From: a virus | DNA length: 64,000 nt | Virus record (IMG/VR): IMGVR_UViG_3300021399_000161 | Span: 2,449 to 66,448 of that record | Strand: one strand, 5' to 3' | In this document: positions 1 through 8,722 of the stretch, piece by piece | How the letters are laid out: every line of letters begins with the position of its first letter | Position numbering within the stretch: the first letter of the stretch is position 1 | The notes under the pieces: model-generated | Database searches by the model: none | The model's input: only the letters and a program-made list of their open reading frames with translations | Told to the model about the DNA's origin: nothing | Position numbers and translations under genes: made by a program

Positions 1-130
1 GCGGCATATATGTAGATCGGAATGATCAGAACATAGTCAGCTTCGAGTGGTATAAGCACCAAGTCCGCAAGACCGGCAAGCATTATCCTGAGATCACGAC
101 AATGATCGAAGCCATGCGGAGGTAATGCCA

Positions 131-319
131 ATGCTGAGAACTGACAGAGACCGCGCCACCTGTGAGAAGTACAGCGCACGGGATGAAACCGGCCACGTGC
201 ATTGCGGTGAGTGCCCGCTTGTAGTGGAGAGCGGCGCACTGCTGTGCAAGGCAACGGCACATTATGACTGGCATCTGCGGGAGTGGGTGCCGGATGAGAA
301 GGGGACGGAGGGACAATGA
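131..319 (+). CDS. hypothetical small Cys-containing protein
   Basis: ORF track 125..319; second ATG at 131 sits 9 nt after GGAGG; CGECP motif. Confidence 0.35.
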   Translation: MLRTDRDRATCEKYSARDETGHVHCGECPLVVESGALLCKATAHYDWHLREWVPDEKGTEGQ

Positions 320-552
320 AGAACACGCTACAGGACGTCAACAATTATCTTTTCGAGGCCATCGAGCGCCTTGATGATTGCACCACGGACGAAGAACTCG
401 ACCGCGAAATCAAACGCGCACGGGCTGTCCGTTCCGTTGCGGAAACAATAATCGACAACGGCGCACTGATCCTTGACGCACAGAAACTCTATGCGCAGTA
501 CCGAGGCATGGAAGATCTGCCGGGTCTGCCGCTCTTTGAGGGCGGTGCCTGA
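316..552 (+). CDS. hypothetical protein
   Basis: 78-aa ORF whose stop overlaps the next start (TGATATG); phage-like acidic/helical composition. Confidence 0.45.
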   Translation: MKNTLQDVNNYLFEAIERLDDCTTDEELDREIKRARAVRSVAETIIDNGALILDAQKLYAQYRGMEDLPGLPLFEGGA

Positions 553-553
553 T

Positions 554-1198
554 ATGTGGCATCCGACAAACGAACAGCGGGAATGGTTCCGGGAGAACTG
601 CCGGGGGAAGAACTACCGGCAGATAGCCGAAGCGTTCACGGAACGGTTTGACATTGAGATGTCAGCAGTACGGGTGAAGTCCTTCATGCAACGCAATCAT
701 CTGCGGACAGGGTTACCGCAGCGTTTCCAGCTTGGGCATATCCCATACAACAAGGGCAAACACATGAAGCCGCCGCCCAACGTCTTCAAGCCCGGGAACA
801 TCCCACACAATCACCTGCCGGTGGGGACGGAGCGCGTCCAGAAGCACGGCTATCTCTACGTCAAGATTGCAGAGCCGAACATCTGGAGACCGAAGTCTGT
901 GCTGTTCTACGAAGCGGCATTCGGCCCTGTGCCGGAAGGATACCATGTGGTATTCGCTGACAGGGACATTCGCAACTTCAACATCTGGAACCTGAAGGCG
1001 GTACCAGTGTCAGAGATATCGACCATAAACCGTCTTGGACTGCCATACTACAGTCCTGCCTCACTGGAGACAGCCAGATATGTTGCAAGGCTGGCAAGCG
1101 CGATCAGCAGAGTACAGAAAAACCGACATCGCAAGCGGAAAAAGGAACTGCGGGAACAACAGCAGCCAATAACACAACCTGGAGGGGTTTCGAAATGA
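554..1198 (+). CDS. HNH homing endonuclease (HNH_3/AP2-like)
   Basis: Motif GYHVVFADRDIRNFNIWNLKAV fits the HNH_3 pattern; basic C-terminal tail; ATG at 554 overlaps upstream stop. Confidence 0.65.
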   Translation: MWHPTNEQREWFRENCRGKNYRQIAEAFTERFDIEMSAVRVKSFMQRNHLRTGLPQRFQLGHIPYNKGKHMKPPPNVFKPGNIPHNHLPVGTERVQKHGYLYVKIAEPNIWRPKSVLFYEAAFGPVPEGYHVVFADRDIRNFNIWNLKAVPVSEISTINRLGLPYYSPASLETARYVARLASAISRVQKNRHRKRKKELREQQQPITQPGGVSK

Positions 1199-1386
1199 AA
1201 TTATTCGTGGAAGACGTAGCAATCCTGACCGACCTTGAACGGGAAGGAGCAATACCGCTGAAGTGCAAGATGGGGCTGGACAGGGACATGCTGAGTATCA
1301 CCTACGAGGGCAACCGTGATGGGTGGATCCTGAAGGTTCCCGTGGACGCCCTGAAGAAGGTTATTCTTGAGGATGATCTGAAATAG
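1195..1386 (+). CDS. hypothetical protein
   Basis: 63-aa ORF with ATGA overlap to the HNH gene. Confidence 0.4.
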   Translation: MKLFVEDVAILTDLEREGAIPLKCKMGLDRDMLSITYEGNRDGWILKVPVDALKKVILEDDLK

Positions 1387-1397
1387 GGCATAAATCA

Positions 1398-1780
1398 AGA
1401 CCAATCATGGATGGAGCTGTGACTGGGATTTTGGATTTTGGCATGGAGACCAATTCCCAGTAGGCGCTTTCCGGTCGATAATGAGATTCCGCATTCCTGA
1501 TTTCCATTTGGGATTTTTCACAGGACCACATATGACGATTCCATTTGGGATTTTCGTGGATACATACAAAAGCCAGAACCAATTTGAGATTTTCGCAGGA
1601 GCACATATGGCAGGAAAAACCAGAAAGAGGAAACACGTAAAGATCACACGAACCGGGGAGTCAGTCTTCCCGGTTTCTATACCGAATAACAAAGGGAAAC
1701 CAATGCACCCGGTTTTCAATCCAAACAACGAAGGGGAGAAAATCTTCCCGGTTTCCATCACAGATAGTGAAAGAGGGGGA
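1398..1780. repeat. Iteron cluster I: at least 4 copies of CCATTTGGGATTTT-like repeats and 3 copies of CTTCCCGGTTTCYAT, upstream of the helicase gene
   Basis: Direct repeats read in the sequence; the listed ORFs 1481..1789 and 1405..1818 are repeat-derived. Confidence 0.6.
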
Positions 1781-1785
1781 TCGCC

Positions 1786-3318
1786 ATGAGCGGGAATGAG
1801 CAAAACGAAGCCAGTCAAGGGAAGAAGCCAGCCAAGGCCGAGACTCCGAAGAGCACCCCCGTCAACATGGCAGAGGCCTACTTACGGTCCGGGCTGACGG
1901 CAGATGACTTCCTGACGGATACCTGGCCGGAGAAAATCAATATTGAACCGAAGGACATGGATCTGAGCATGAAGACGTTTCTGTTCCATAATCTGAATGC
2001 CAAGGGAGAACCGACCGGCGTCAATGACTATAGGATATATACCTATCTCACCCACACGCAGCACATAATCACATGCGGGAAGGTGGTGTATCTATATAAG
2101 AACGGTTATTACCAGGAAGACCTGAGTGAGACGCTGCTGACATCCCTGATTGGGGACTGTATGTTGGAGCAGTTCTATCGTTCAAACACTGTAGCCAGGG
2201 TGCATAAGATGTTCCTCCAGAGGAACGAACTTGTGAAGAGGCCGGAAGAGCTGAACCGATACAACAGCCGTTTCATCAATTTTCAAAATGGGATGTATGA
2301 CGTGACCAGAAGGAAACTGTATAACCATGAACCGAAGCTGCTTTCTACCAATCAGATACCGTGGGATTATGACCCGGCAGCAGACCACGGACCCGGAGAT
2401 GAAATTGAGAAATTCTTAGCTTATGCGATCCCTGACAAGGATGACAGGGAGATGCTTCTGGAGTACATCGGCCTGTGCTGCACAAAGGATGTCCATCAGC
2501 AGAAGATGTTGGTGATCTGCGGAGACGGCGGCACTGGAAAGAGCACCGTGATAAATCTCATTCAGAAGATCGTTGGGAAGCGGAACACTTCGAACGTGGC
2601 TATGTCAAAGCTGTCGATGAATTTTCAGGCAATCAGGATGATGGGGAAGCTGCTCAATTCCTGTGCCGATTTGGAAATTGACGCCCTTGATGACGTGACC
2701 ATGATCAAGAAACTGATAGGAGAGGACAGTATTTCGGATTCATACAAAGGCAAGGATATCATTTCATTCGACAACTATGCGAAACTGTTATTCTCGACAA
2801 ACGAGTTGCCGCTAGTTCGAAATGAGAAAACTGAAGGCTTCTATCGGAGACTTCTTATCCTCACCATGAACGAAAAGCCCGAGAAGCGCGATTCGAAGTT
2901 ACCGGAGAAGCTGGAAAAACAGATACCGTATCTGCTCCACATGGCAATGGAAGCACTCCACAGGATGTATGAACGTGGGTATATCATCGAGTCAGCCGGA
3001 TCCAAGGAGAAGGTCCGTCAACTGAGAAACGACAGTGACACCATCGAGGCATTTCTGTTTGATTGTTGCAAGACAGGGAATACTGAGAGCAAGGTAGAGC
3101 GCAAGATCCTGTATGACAGATACGTCGAATACTGTAAGGACAACGAGAGGCAGAGCCATCAGAAGAACAACTTCCTGAAGGCATTGAGGAACAAAGGCTT
3201 CCCGGAATGCAAAGTCGGTGGAACGTGGATGTTCAGAATGATAAATCTGAAGGAGGCAGATGGAAGTGGCTTCATGCCGGTCCCGGAAGGAGAGCCGGAG
3301 ATACCATTCCCGAGTTGA
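1786..3318 (+). CDS. P4/D5-family SF3 replicative helicase (phage/plasmid primase C-terminal domain type)
   Basis: Walker A VICGDGGTGKST; D5_N-like region upstream; 510 aa; RBS GAAAGAGGGGGA. Confidence 0.75.
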   Translation: MSGNEQNEASQGKKPAKAETPKSTPVNMAEAYLRSGLTADDFLTDTWPEKINIEPKDMDLSMKTFLFHNLNAKGEPTGVNDYRIYTYLTHTQHIITCGKVVYLYKNGYYQEDLSETLLTSLIGDCMLEQFYRSNTVARVHKMFLQRNELVKRPEELNRYNSRFINFQNGMYDVTRRKLYNHEPKLLSTNQIPWDYDPAADHGPGDEIEKFLAYAIPDKDDREMLLEYIGLCCTKDVHQQKMLVICGDGGTGKSTVINLIQKIVGKRNTSNVAMSKLSMNFQAIRMMGKLLNSCADLEIDALDDVTMIKKLIGEDSISDSYKGKDIISFDNYAKLLFSTNELPLVRNEKTEGFYRRLLILTMNEKPEKRDSKLPEKLEKQIPYLLHMAMEALHRMYERGYIIESAGSKEKVRQLRNDSDTIEAFLFDCCKTGNTESKVERKILYDRYVEYCKDNERQSHQKNNFLKALRNKGFPECKVGGTWMFRMINLKEADGSGFMPVPEGEPEIPFPS

Positions 3319-3905
3319 GATTTTTGGAAGTATGATTGCAGGTTCGAGTTGAGATTTCTTGAAGTGGTTTTCGAAATGAGATTTTTCCACGAATGTCTGA
3401 CCTGAATTTCGAAATGAGATTTTCCCAGGAGATCTACAATACAGATTTCGAAATGAGATTTCCGCAGGAATTCTGCTTCTGATTTCGATTTGAGATTTTC
3501 AAAGGCGAACCGGTAACCAAATAACGATTTGAGATTTCCTGAAGAACCTGACAAGCGAAAACAGATTTGAGATTCCGCAAAGAACCCGACAATCAAAACC
3601 CGATTTGGGATTCCCGTAGAACCTGGCAAACAAGAGCCGATTTGAGATTTCTAGGGCCGATATTCCATTTGGGATTTCCCGAAGTGAATGTCGATTTGAG
3701 ATTTCCGGAAGTAAACACAAAGTCAAAAATCAAATTGAGATTTTTCGAGGTAAACTCGAAGTCGAAAATCGATTTGAGATTTTTTGGAGCACACTCGAAT
3801 CCAAATTCCATTTGAGATTTTTCAAAGTGCCCCATAAACCCAATTTCCATTTGAGATTTTCGAAAGTAAAACCATACCCAAAATTCGATTTGAGATTTTT
3901 CAAAC
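3319..3905. repeat. Iteron cluster II: about 17 degenerate direct repeats of GATTTGAGATTTYCNNAAG at a period of about 35-40 bp
   Basis: Read directly; variable 14-25 nt spacers; unit lengths are not multiples of 3, so the overlapping ORFs 3567..3815 and 3593..4246 are artefacts. Confidence 0.7.
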
Positions 3906-3923
3906 CACTTGGAGGTGTAAACG

Positions 3924-4483
3924 TGAGAGTTGATATTGTCAATTATTCCGATAACTGGCAGGCCGTCAAGGATGCCGCAATGAACACAATTGGGATTGAG
4001 TCTGGCAAGTACCCTGACAGCAGCTGGAAGTGGAAAATGCTGAAGGCCGAACACAGCCCAATCAGATTGATCGAGCTGACAATTCGAATTGAGGATATCC
4101 CCTATTGGGTTTCGACGCATCTTGTCAGGCACAAAATCGGGGTGGAACATTTCGTCTCCACTCAGCGGACGGACCGCACTGGCATAAACCGAAATGAGTT
4201 GCCACAAAACGCCCCTGTCTGCCACACCATGAGGATAAACGCTCAAGCCCTGATTGCTATGAGCCGGAAACGGTTATGCCATCAGGCCGCACCGGAAACG
4301 CGTTCGGCGTGGTCTCAGGTCATCGCGGCGGTTCGTGAGGTCGAGCCGGAATTGGCCGCTTGCTGTGTTCCGGAATGCATCTATCGCGGCCACTGCCCCG
4401 AACTGAGATGCTGCGGAGCGTTCGGATCTGGCAAGTTCCAACTGAGACGCGCCGCATACATAAACGGAGTCGAGATGTTCTGA
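3924..4483 (+). CDS. thyX: Compact ThyX-like flavin-dependent thymidylate synthase homologue
   Basis: GTG start after GGAGGTG; RHK-X7-S motif (RHKIGVEHFVS) matches the ThyX RHR-X7-S signature; HSP..L.I and INAQALIAMSRKR blocks parallel T. maritima ThyX; Cys-rich C-terminus. Confidence 0.6.
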
Positions 4484-5575
4484 GGACACAGAGACACCCC
4501 GCAGAAGCCCGTCAGGAGGCCACACAGCCCCCGTCAGGCCGTCAGGGTGGATTTTATCCCGCCAACGGTCAGAAACCGTCTGGTGAGCCGCCAGGAGAGC
4601 CGAAGCCCCACACGCGCACCCGCGCGAGTTGCACCGGATTTTTTGAATTTGGGAAATTGAATACAAAAATAAACGCCGGTCAGAAAGTCGATTTTTTTCT
4701 GGCCGGTTTCGATTTTTGGAGATTTTTCTTGCGGAATGTCTGCCGATCTGGTGTTCGGACCTGGCAGCCCGGTCACCCCTTGGTCGGTCTCTGGGCGGCA
4801 CCTGGGATCCGTCAAGGCCCCCGAAAAGCGCCCCTTGCGCCCCTTGGAACCCGTCAAGGGAACCCGGAAGCCATGCCCGCCCCGCTTGAGACCTTCAGAG
4901 GATCCCCGGAAGAGGCCGCAAGCCGCCCTTACATCACTGGCCAGCCCGGAAGGACCTAAACCAGCCGGAAGCCTTGACCGGTCCGGAAGATCCGGAAAGC
5001 CTATAGGATGAGACCGGCAGCACGACAGGCCGCCGGACGCCCTACAGGATGAGGAAAGCACCCACGGCCAGCGCAAGCGGACCGAAAGAGACCCGGAAGC
5101 GCGACAGACCGCCGGAAGCCGCCAGGACTACAGGCAGACCGCCGGAAGAGGCAGACCCGAAAAAACTACAGGCAGACCGCACACCAGGCAGCCACCAAGA
5201 CAGACAGCCGCAAAGGCAGACCGCCGGACCTATAACCCGCCGGACATGGAAACCACGCCCCGCACGATCTGCCGCCGGACATGGTAAGACATCCGAACAA
5301 AACACCAGTAGCCGCCGGACATGATGAGACCAAGACGGCAGGCAAGCCGAAATCCTACTATATATAGAAGGCACCCGGACAGGATCCCCGGAAGCTGTGA
5401 CGGCCTTCTTCATGTCGGCAGATCCGGAAGCCGTGACGGCCTTCTTTCCTGTATGAGATCCCCCGAAAGTGTAAACCCTTCTATAGCAGATCGGAAAAAC
5501 GGAAACGTGAATGCTTTCTATATTATAGAAGCTATTCTTCTGAACTACCGCCCGAAACCTACTTATATATAGAAG

Positions 5576-5782
5576 TCACTCACCACCAGCGCCGGAAGAG
5601 TCCCGCGCGATCTTTTCCGCAATCGCTTCTTTTATATAGGTATTTACCCCTATGCCAGCAGCAGCCGCCGCCGGTTTCAAGATGTTTTCAAAGTAATCTG
5701 CCTGCAGATCTAGCGGCACGCGCTTGTAGTTTTTCGCAGCGTATTTCATAGACGCCCTTTTTTGTGCTTCACTCGTTGCCAA
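5576..5782 (-). CDS. Ribbon-helix-helix (Arc/CopG-like) DNA-binding protein
   Basis: KRVPLDLQADYFENIL...AAGIGVNTYIKEAIAEKI fits the RHH pattern; TTG start 8 nt after GGAGG. Confidence 0.55.
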   Translation of the reverse strand: MATSEAQKRASMKYAAKNYKRVPLDLQADYFENILKPAAAAAGIGVNTYIKEAIAEKIARDSSGAGGE

Positions 5783-5854
5783 TCTTCACGCCTCCAATCT
5801 ATCAGAACACAAGAAAACACAGTTTCTCAAAGTGAGTATAACACACAATGGAAA

Positions 5855-5955
5855 ACACGTACATGCATATATTGCACAAAACACTGCTATAAATGTACGT
5901 GCATTTTAGCGAGTATTCCGATATTGCTATAAACGTACGTGCATAGTATAATAGC
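5855..5955. promoter_or_regulatory. Divergent promoter/operator region: 21-bp direct repeats YTGCTATAAAYGTACGTGCAT (5883-5903, 5923-5943) plus a partial third copy; the second repeat overlaps a -35 TTGCTA / 17 bp / -10 TATAAT promoter
   Basis: Read directly; lies between the RHH gene (-) and the rightward early genes. Confidence 0.55.
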
Positions 5956-6027
5956 ATCATCAAAGAAAAGCGACGCCCCGAAAGAGACGCCGCCGCACTT
6001 TGAAAACTAAATAGGGAGGTGAAAGCC

Positions 6028-6159
6028 ATGTTAACGGAATTTGGTTACACCGGCAAGGTTGACGGGATCGAATACGCGACCGAGCAGGAAGCCAAAGAAG
6101 CCAACAAGGACAACACCAGGGAGGCGGCAAGGCCGCCCCCGCTCCACTATTTGGTTTGA
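6028..6159 (+). CDS. hypothetical small protein (43 aa)
   Basis: Strong RBS AGGGAGGTGAAAGCC before ATG; too short for the ORF track. Confidence 0.4.
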   Translation: MLTEFGYTGKVDGIEYATEQEAKEANKDNTREAARPPPLHYLV

Positions 6160-6893
6160 TAATAACAGAAATGGAAATAGAAAACAAGAGGCAACAAAAG
6201 TTAGTAAGCAGGGCCGACGAGCCGAGCGCCGCCGGATCTGCTGAACACCAGATAGCCGAGGGAAACAGATTTACCAGAAAGGAAGAAAAAGCCATGACGA
6301 AAAAGAACATGATCAATCTTGAAACCCTGAAAAACGAAATCCGCGCGGAAATCGGAACAGACGCCGCATATCTGGCCGCCGATTATAGCGGATGCAGCAG
6401 CTACATTGAAGACGCGATTTCCGAACGCGCCGACAGCGAAACCAGCATTTACTATCCTGACATTATCAAGTTCATTTCCGAGAACGTCGAAGCCGTCAAC
6501 GATACAATACAGGAGTTTGGATGGGATGGAGCAGGCGCGGACCTGTACAAAGCCGGTCAGCTGGCCGAGTACCTGAAAATTCAGGCGGCATACATGGAGC
6601 AGGAAGCCGGAATCATCCGCTTTGCGGCGGTCATGGACATCATCAGCACGGGACGCGATGAGATCAGCGCGGAAACCTGGGAGGCGATCACGGCGGAACT
6701 TGAAAACCTGGATGCAAGCAGCAGGTTCGATGATATCACCGATATTGTAACGGCCGCACTCGAAGCGGAAGACGCCGAACAGGAAGACGCGGCAAGCGCC
6801 CTTGATGAGATCCGCGACCGGATGACGGCAGGCTTTGAAGGCATCGCGGCAACTGTTGCCGATCAGGGAAGCCCGGAAGCCGTCAAGGCATGA
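6156..6893 (+). CDS. highly acidic hypothetical protein (alternative start at 6294)
   Basis: 245-aa ORF rich in D/E with blocks such as DASSRFDDITDIVTAALEAEDAEQEDAAS. Confidence 0.5.
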   Translation: MIITEMEIENKRQQKLVSRADEPSAAGSAEHQIAEGNRFTRKEEKAMTKKNMINLETLKNEIRAEIGTDAAYLAADYSGCSSYIEDAISERADSETSIYYPDIIKFISENVEAVNDTIQEFGWDGAGADLYKAGQLAEYLKIQAAYMEQEAGIIRFAAVMDIISTGRDEISAETWEAITAELENLDASSRFDDITDIVTAALEAEDAEQEDAASALDEIRDRMTAGFEGIAATVADQGSPEAVKA

Positions 6894-7099
6894 AGGAGGC
6901 GCGGACATGATCGAGAAGAGAAACCGCTTTTATATAAAGTTGCGGCGGGTATTCCCCGCCCGACTTGCCTACAAAATAACCGTTGCAGTAGTGAGATGAT
7001 AGCAGCCTGGACGGCGGACGGAAACGCGGGACCGACACCCGCGCTGGGTATTCTGGTAACTTGAAGACCTAGCACACCAAAGAAAAGGAGTAAAAGTAA

Positions 7100-7558
7100 A
7101 TGAAAAAGAAGAACCTTTTTGATAAGGTCATCAAAGCCGCAACGGCGGCAGGCGCCAACGCCAGAATAACCGCCATAGGCGCGGGACTGTACCACGACGG
7201 AAAACAGCATGGTGAAATCATAGATATTGTTTTTGTCAGTATAGACAGGTACAAATACGGCCACTACAACGGAAATTCGACACGGATTGCACAAGAAGCG
7301 AGAAAAGCAATTTCACGGGTAAAAGGAACGACAATAAAGGAAGTGTCACACCCCGGTTTTTACATCTACCAGGTATACACGACAGCCGACGCGGAACGCG
7401 CGGAAGCCTTACAGAAAGAAGCAAATATTTTTCTTGAAGCGTTCCACCAGGAGCACCACCGGCAGAACGCAGCAGGGGAAAAGCTGGACACAGACAAGGC
7501 CATAGCCTCTGGACATGAAGCACTGAAGGCGGCAGGATACACAAAAGAGGCAGCGTGA
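7100..7558 (+). CDS. hypothetical protein
   Basis: RBS AAAGGAG before ATG; 152 aa. Confidence 0.5.
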   Translation: MKKKNLFDKVIKAATAAGANARITAIGAGLYHDGKQHGEIIDIVFVSIDRYKYGHYNGNSTRIAQEARKAISRVKGTTIKEVSHPGFYIYQVYTTADAERAEALQKEANIFLEAFHQEHHRQNAAGEKLDTDKAIASGHEALKAAGYTKEAA

Positions 7559-7575
7559 AAGAAAGGAGCAACCAC

Positions 7576-7746
7576 ATGAAAAAATATATCTGTTTTGACA
7601 CGGGCGAAACCTGGACGGAAGCGGAAATCCAGGAAGGGTACAACGCAAACCCGGACTTGATCGACACATATCCGGAATTTTCGGACTACCTGGAAAGCCT
7701 GCTTGCACTCGGACGGCAGAAAAGCGGCGGGATCGTAGAAGCATGA
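7576..7746 (+). CDS. hypothetical small protein
   Basis: RBS AAAGGAGCAACCAC before ATG. Confidence 0.4.
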   Translation: MKKYICFDTGETWTEAEIQEGYNANPDLIDTYPEFSDYLESLLALGRQKSGGIVEA

Positions 7747-7761
7747 AAGGAGGAAAACAGC

Positions 7762-7986
7762 ATGACGCAATTTAACCCCTACTTGATCAGAGAAGCCCGC
7801 GCGATATTTTCCCGCGTATACGTCGACCAGGAAACCGAAACCGCCTATATAGGCAGCGAAACGGCCACGGAAGGAGACCGAGTAAGAGTATATATTTCCG
7901 GGTTTGAGTATGAAGAACCCGCGATTATACGCACAAATGAAGAGTTACGGGATCTTGTTTGGGATCATAGCTTGCCTTTTTGCTAG
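7762..7986 (+). CDS. hypothetical small protein
   Basis: RBS AAGGAGG before ATG. Confidence 0.45.
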   Translation: MTQFNPYLIREARAIFSRVYVDQETETAYIGSETATEGDRVRVYISGFEYEEPAIIRTNEELRDLVWDHSLPFC

Positions 7987-8003
7987 AAAGGAGAGAGAAG
8001 AGC

Positions 8004-8192
8004 ATGGACAACTACTACAAAGCATACGCGGCCCGATACAGGGCCGCAAGCGCCACACAGAGACAGGAAAGCCGCCAGCACTGGACAAGATGCCATGCGG
8101 CGAACATGGAAACGGGCAGAGACGATCTGATTATTTTTTCCGGTCAGATCCTGGCAGCGATTGCGGTTATAGATGCAGAAGAGAAAAAGTGA
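8004..8192 (+). CDS. hypothetical small protein
   Basis: RBS AGGAGAGAGAAGAGC before ATG. Confidence 0.4.
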   Translation: MDNYYKAYAARYRAASATQRQESRQHWTRCHAANMETGRDDLIIFSGQILAAIAVIDAEEKK

Positions 8193-8212
8193 AGAAGGGA
8201 GAAAGAGAAGCC

Positions 8213-8668
8213 ATGAAAAAATTTATTCAGATTGCAATTATTATTACTTGCGTTTTGTTTTCCGGCTACGTTGAAGGCCACGCCGCAACGATAACGAAAC
8301 AGGCAGCCAAGACCACCACGACCAAACCCACCAGGAAAACCGACAAGAAAATAATCAAAGATTTCTGCCGGAAGAATTTTCCCGGATACCGCGTCCGGAT
8401 CCGTCCAGCGGAAGAGACCACCGACGCGGAAATAGCAGCCAGGAAGGGGAAAAAGATTGTCTATGTTGACGTCTTCCGGACCCGCGCAACCAGCCGCACC
8501 GCCGGAAAGGTCACGACAAAAGGCCCCTTCTATGGGAACCGCATCAAGTACGCACACAAGGCCAGGAAGGGACAAAAAGTCACGGCTTATTATCTGTATA
8601 ACCCCGAAACCGGATACACAGACGATATCATAGCCACTGTCAGCGGCGGAAAGATCCGGACGGAATGA
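8213..8668 (+). CDS. secreted or lipoprotein-like protein with N-terminal signal peptide
   Basis: MKKFIQIAIIITCVLFSGYVEGHAAT signal sequence; RBS GGGAGAAAGAGAAGCC; followed by a terminator. Confidence 0.55.
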   Translation: MKKFIQIAIIITCVLFSGYVEGHAATITKQAAKTTTTKPTRKTDKKIIKDFCRKNFPGYRVRIRPAEETTDAEIAARKGKKIVYVDVFRTRATSRTAGKVTTKGPFYGNRIKYAHKARKGQKVTAYYLYNPETGYTDDIIATVSGGKIRTE

Positions 8669-8687
8669 AAAATGTAAATGCAGCCAC

Positions 8688-8722
8688 CAGGGGACGCGCA
8701 AGCGCCCCCCGCTTTTTATTGC
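8688..8722 (+). terminator. Rho-independent terminator
   Basis: GGGGACGCgcaaGCGCCCCCC hairpin followed by GCTTTTTATT. Confidence 0.6.

Noticed and set aside
3567-3815. ORFs 3567..3815, 3812..3923 and 1481..1789 encoding 'DLRF'-repeat peptides
   Set aside because: The periodicity comes from GATTTGAGATTT iterons. Unit lengths are not multiples of 3, so no frame is maintained; these are translation artefacts of the repeat DNA.
3319-3905. Regularly spaced repeats that superficially resemble a CRISPR array
   Set aside because: The repeat unit is only about 13-19 bp and degenerate, the spacers are 14-25 nt, and there are no cas genes. The layout fits origin iterons next to a helicase gene.
4274-5076. 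ORFs 4274..4801(-), 4360..4959(+), 4534..5076(-), 5049..5324(+) in the GC-rich tract
   Set aside because: They are mutually overlapping on both strands, have no RBS and are low-complexity R/P/G-rich, as expected when high-GC non-coding DNA is translated.
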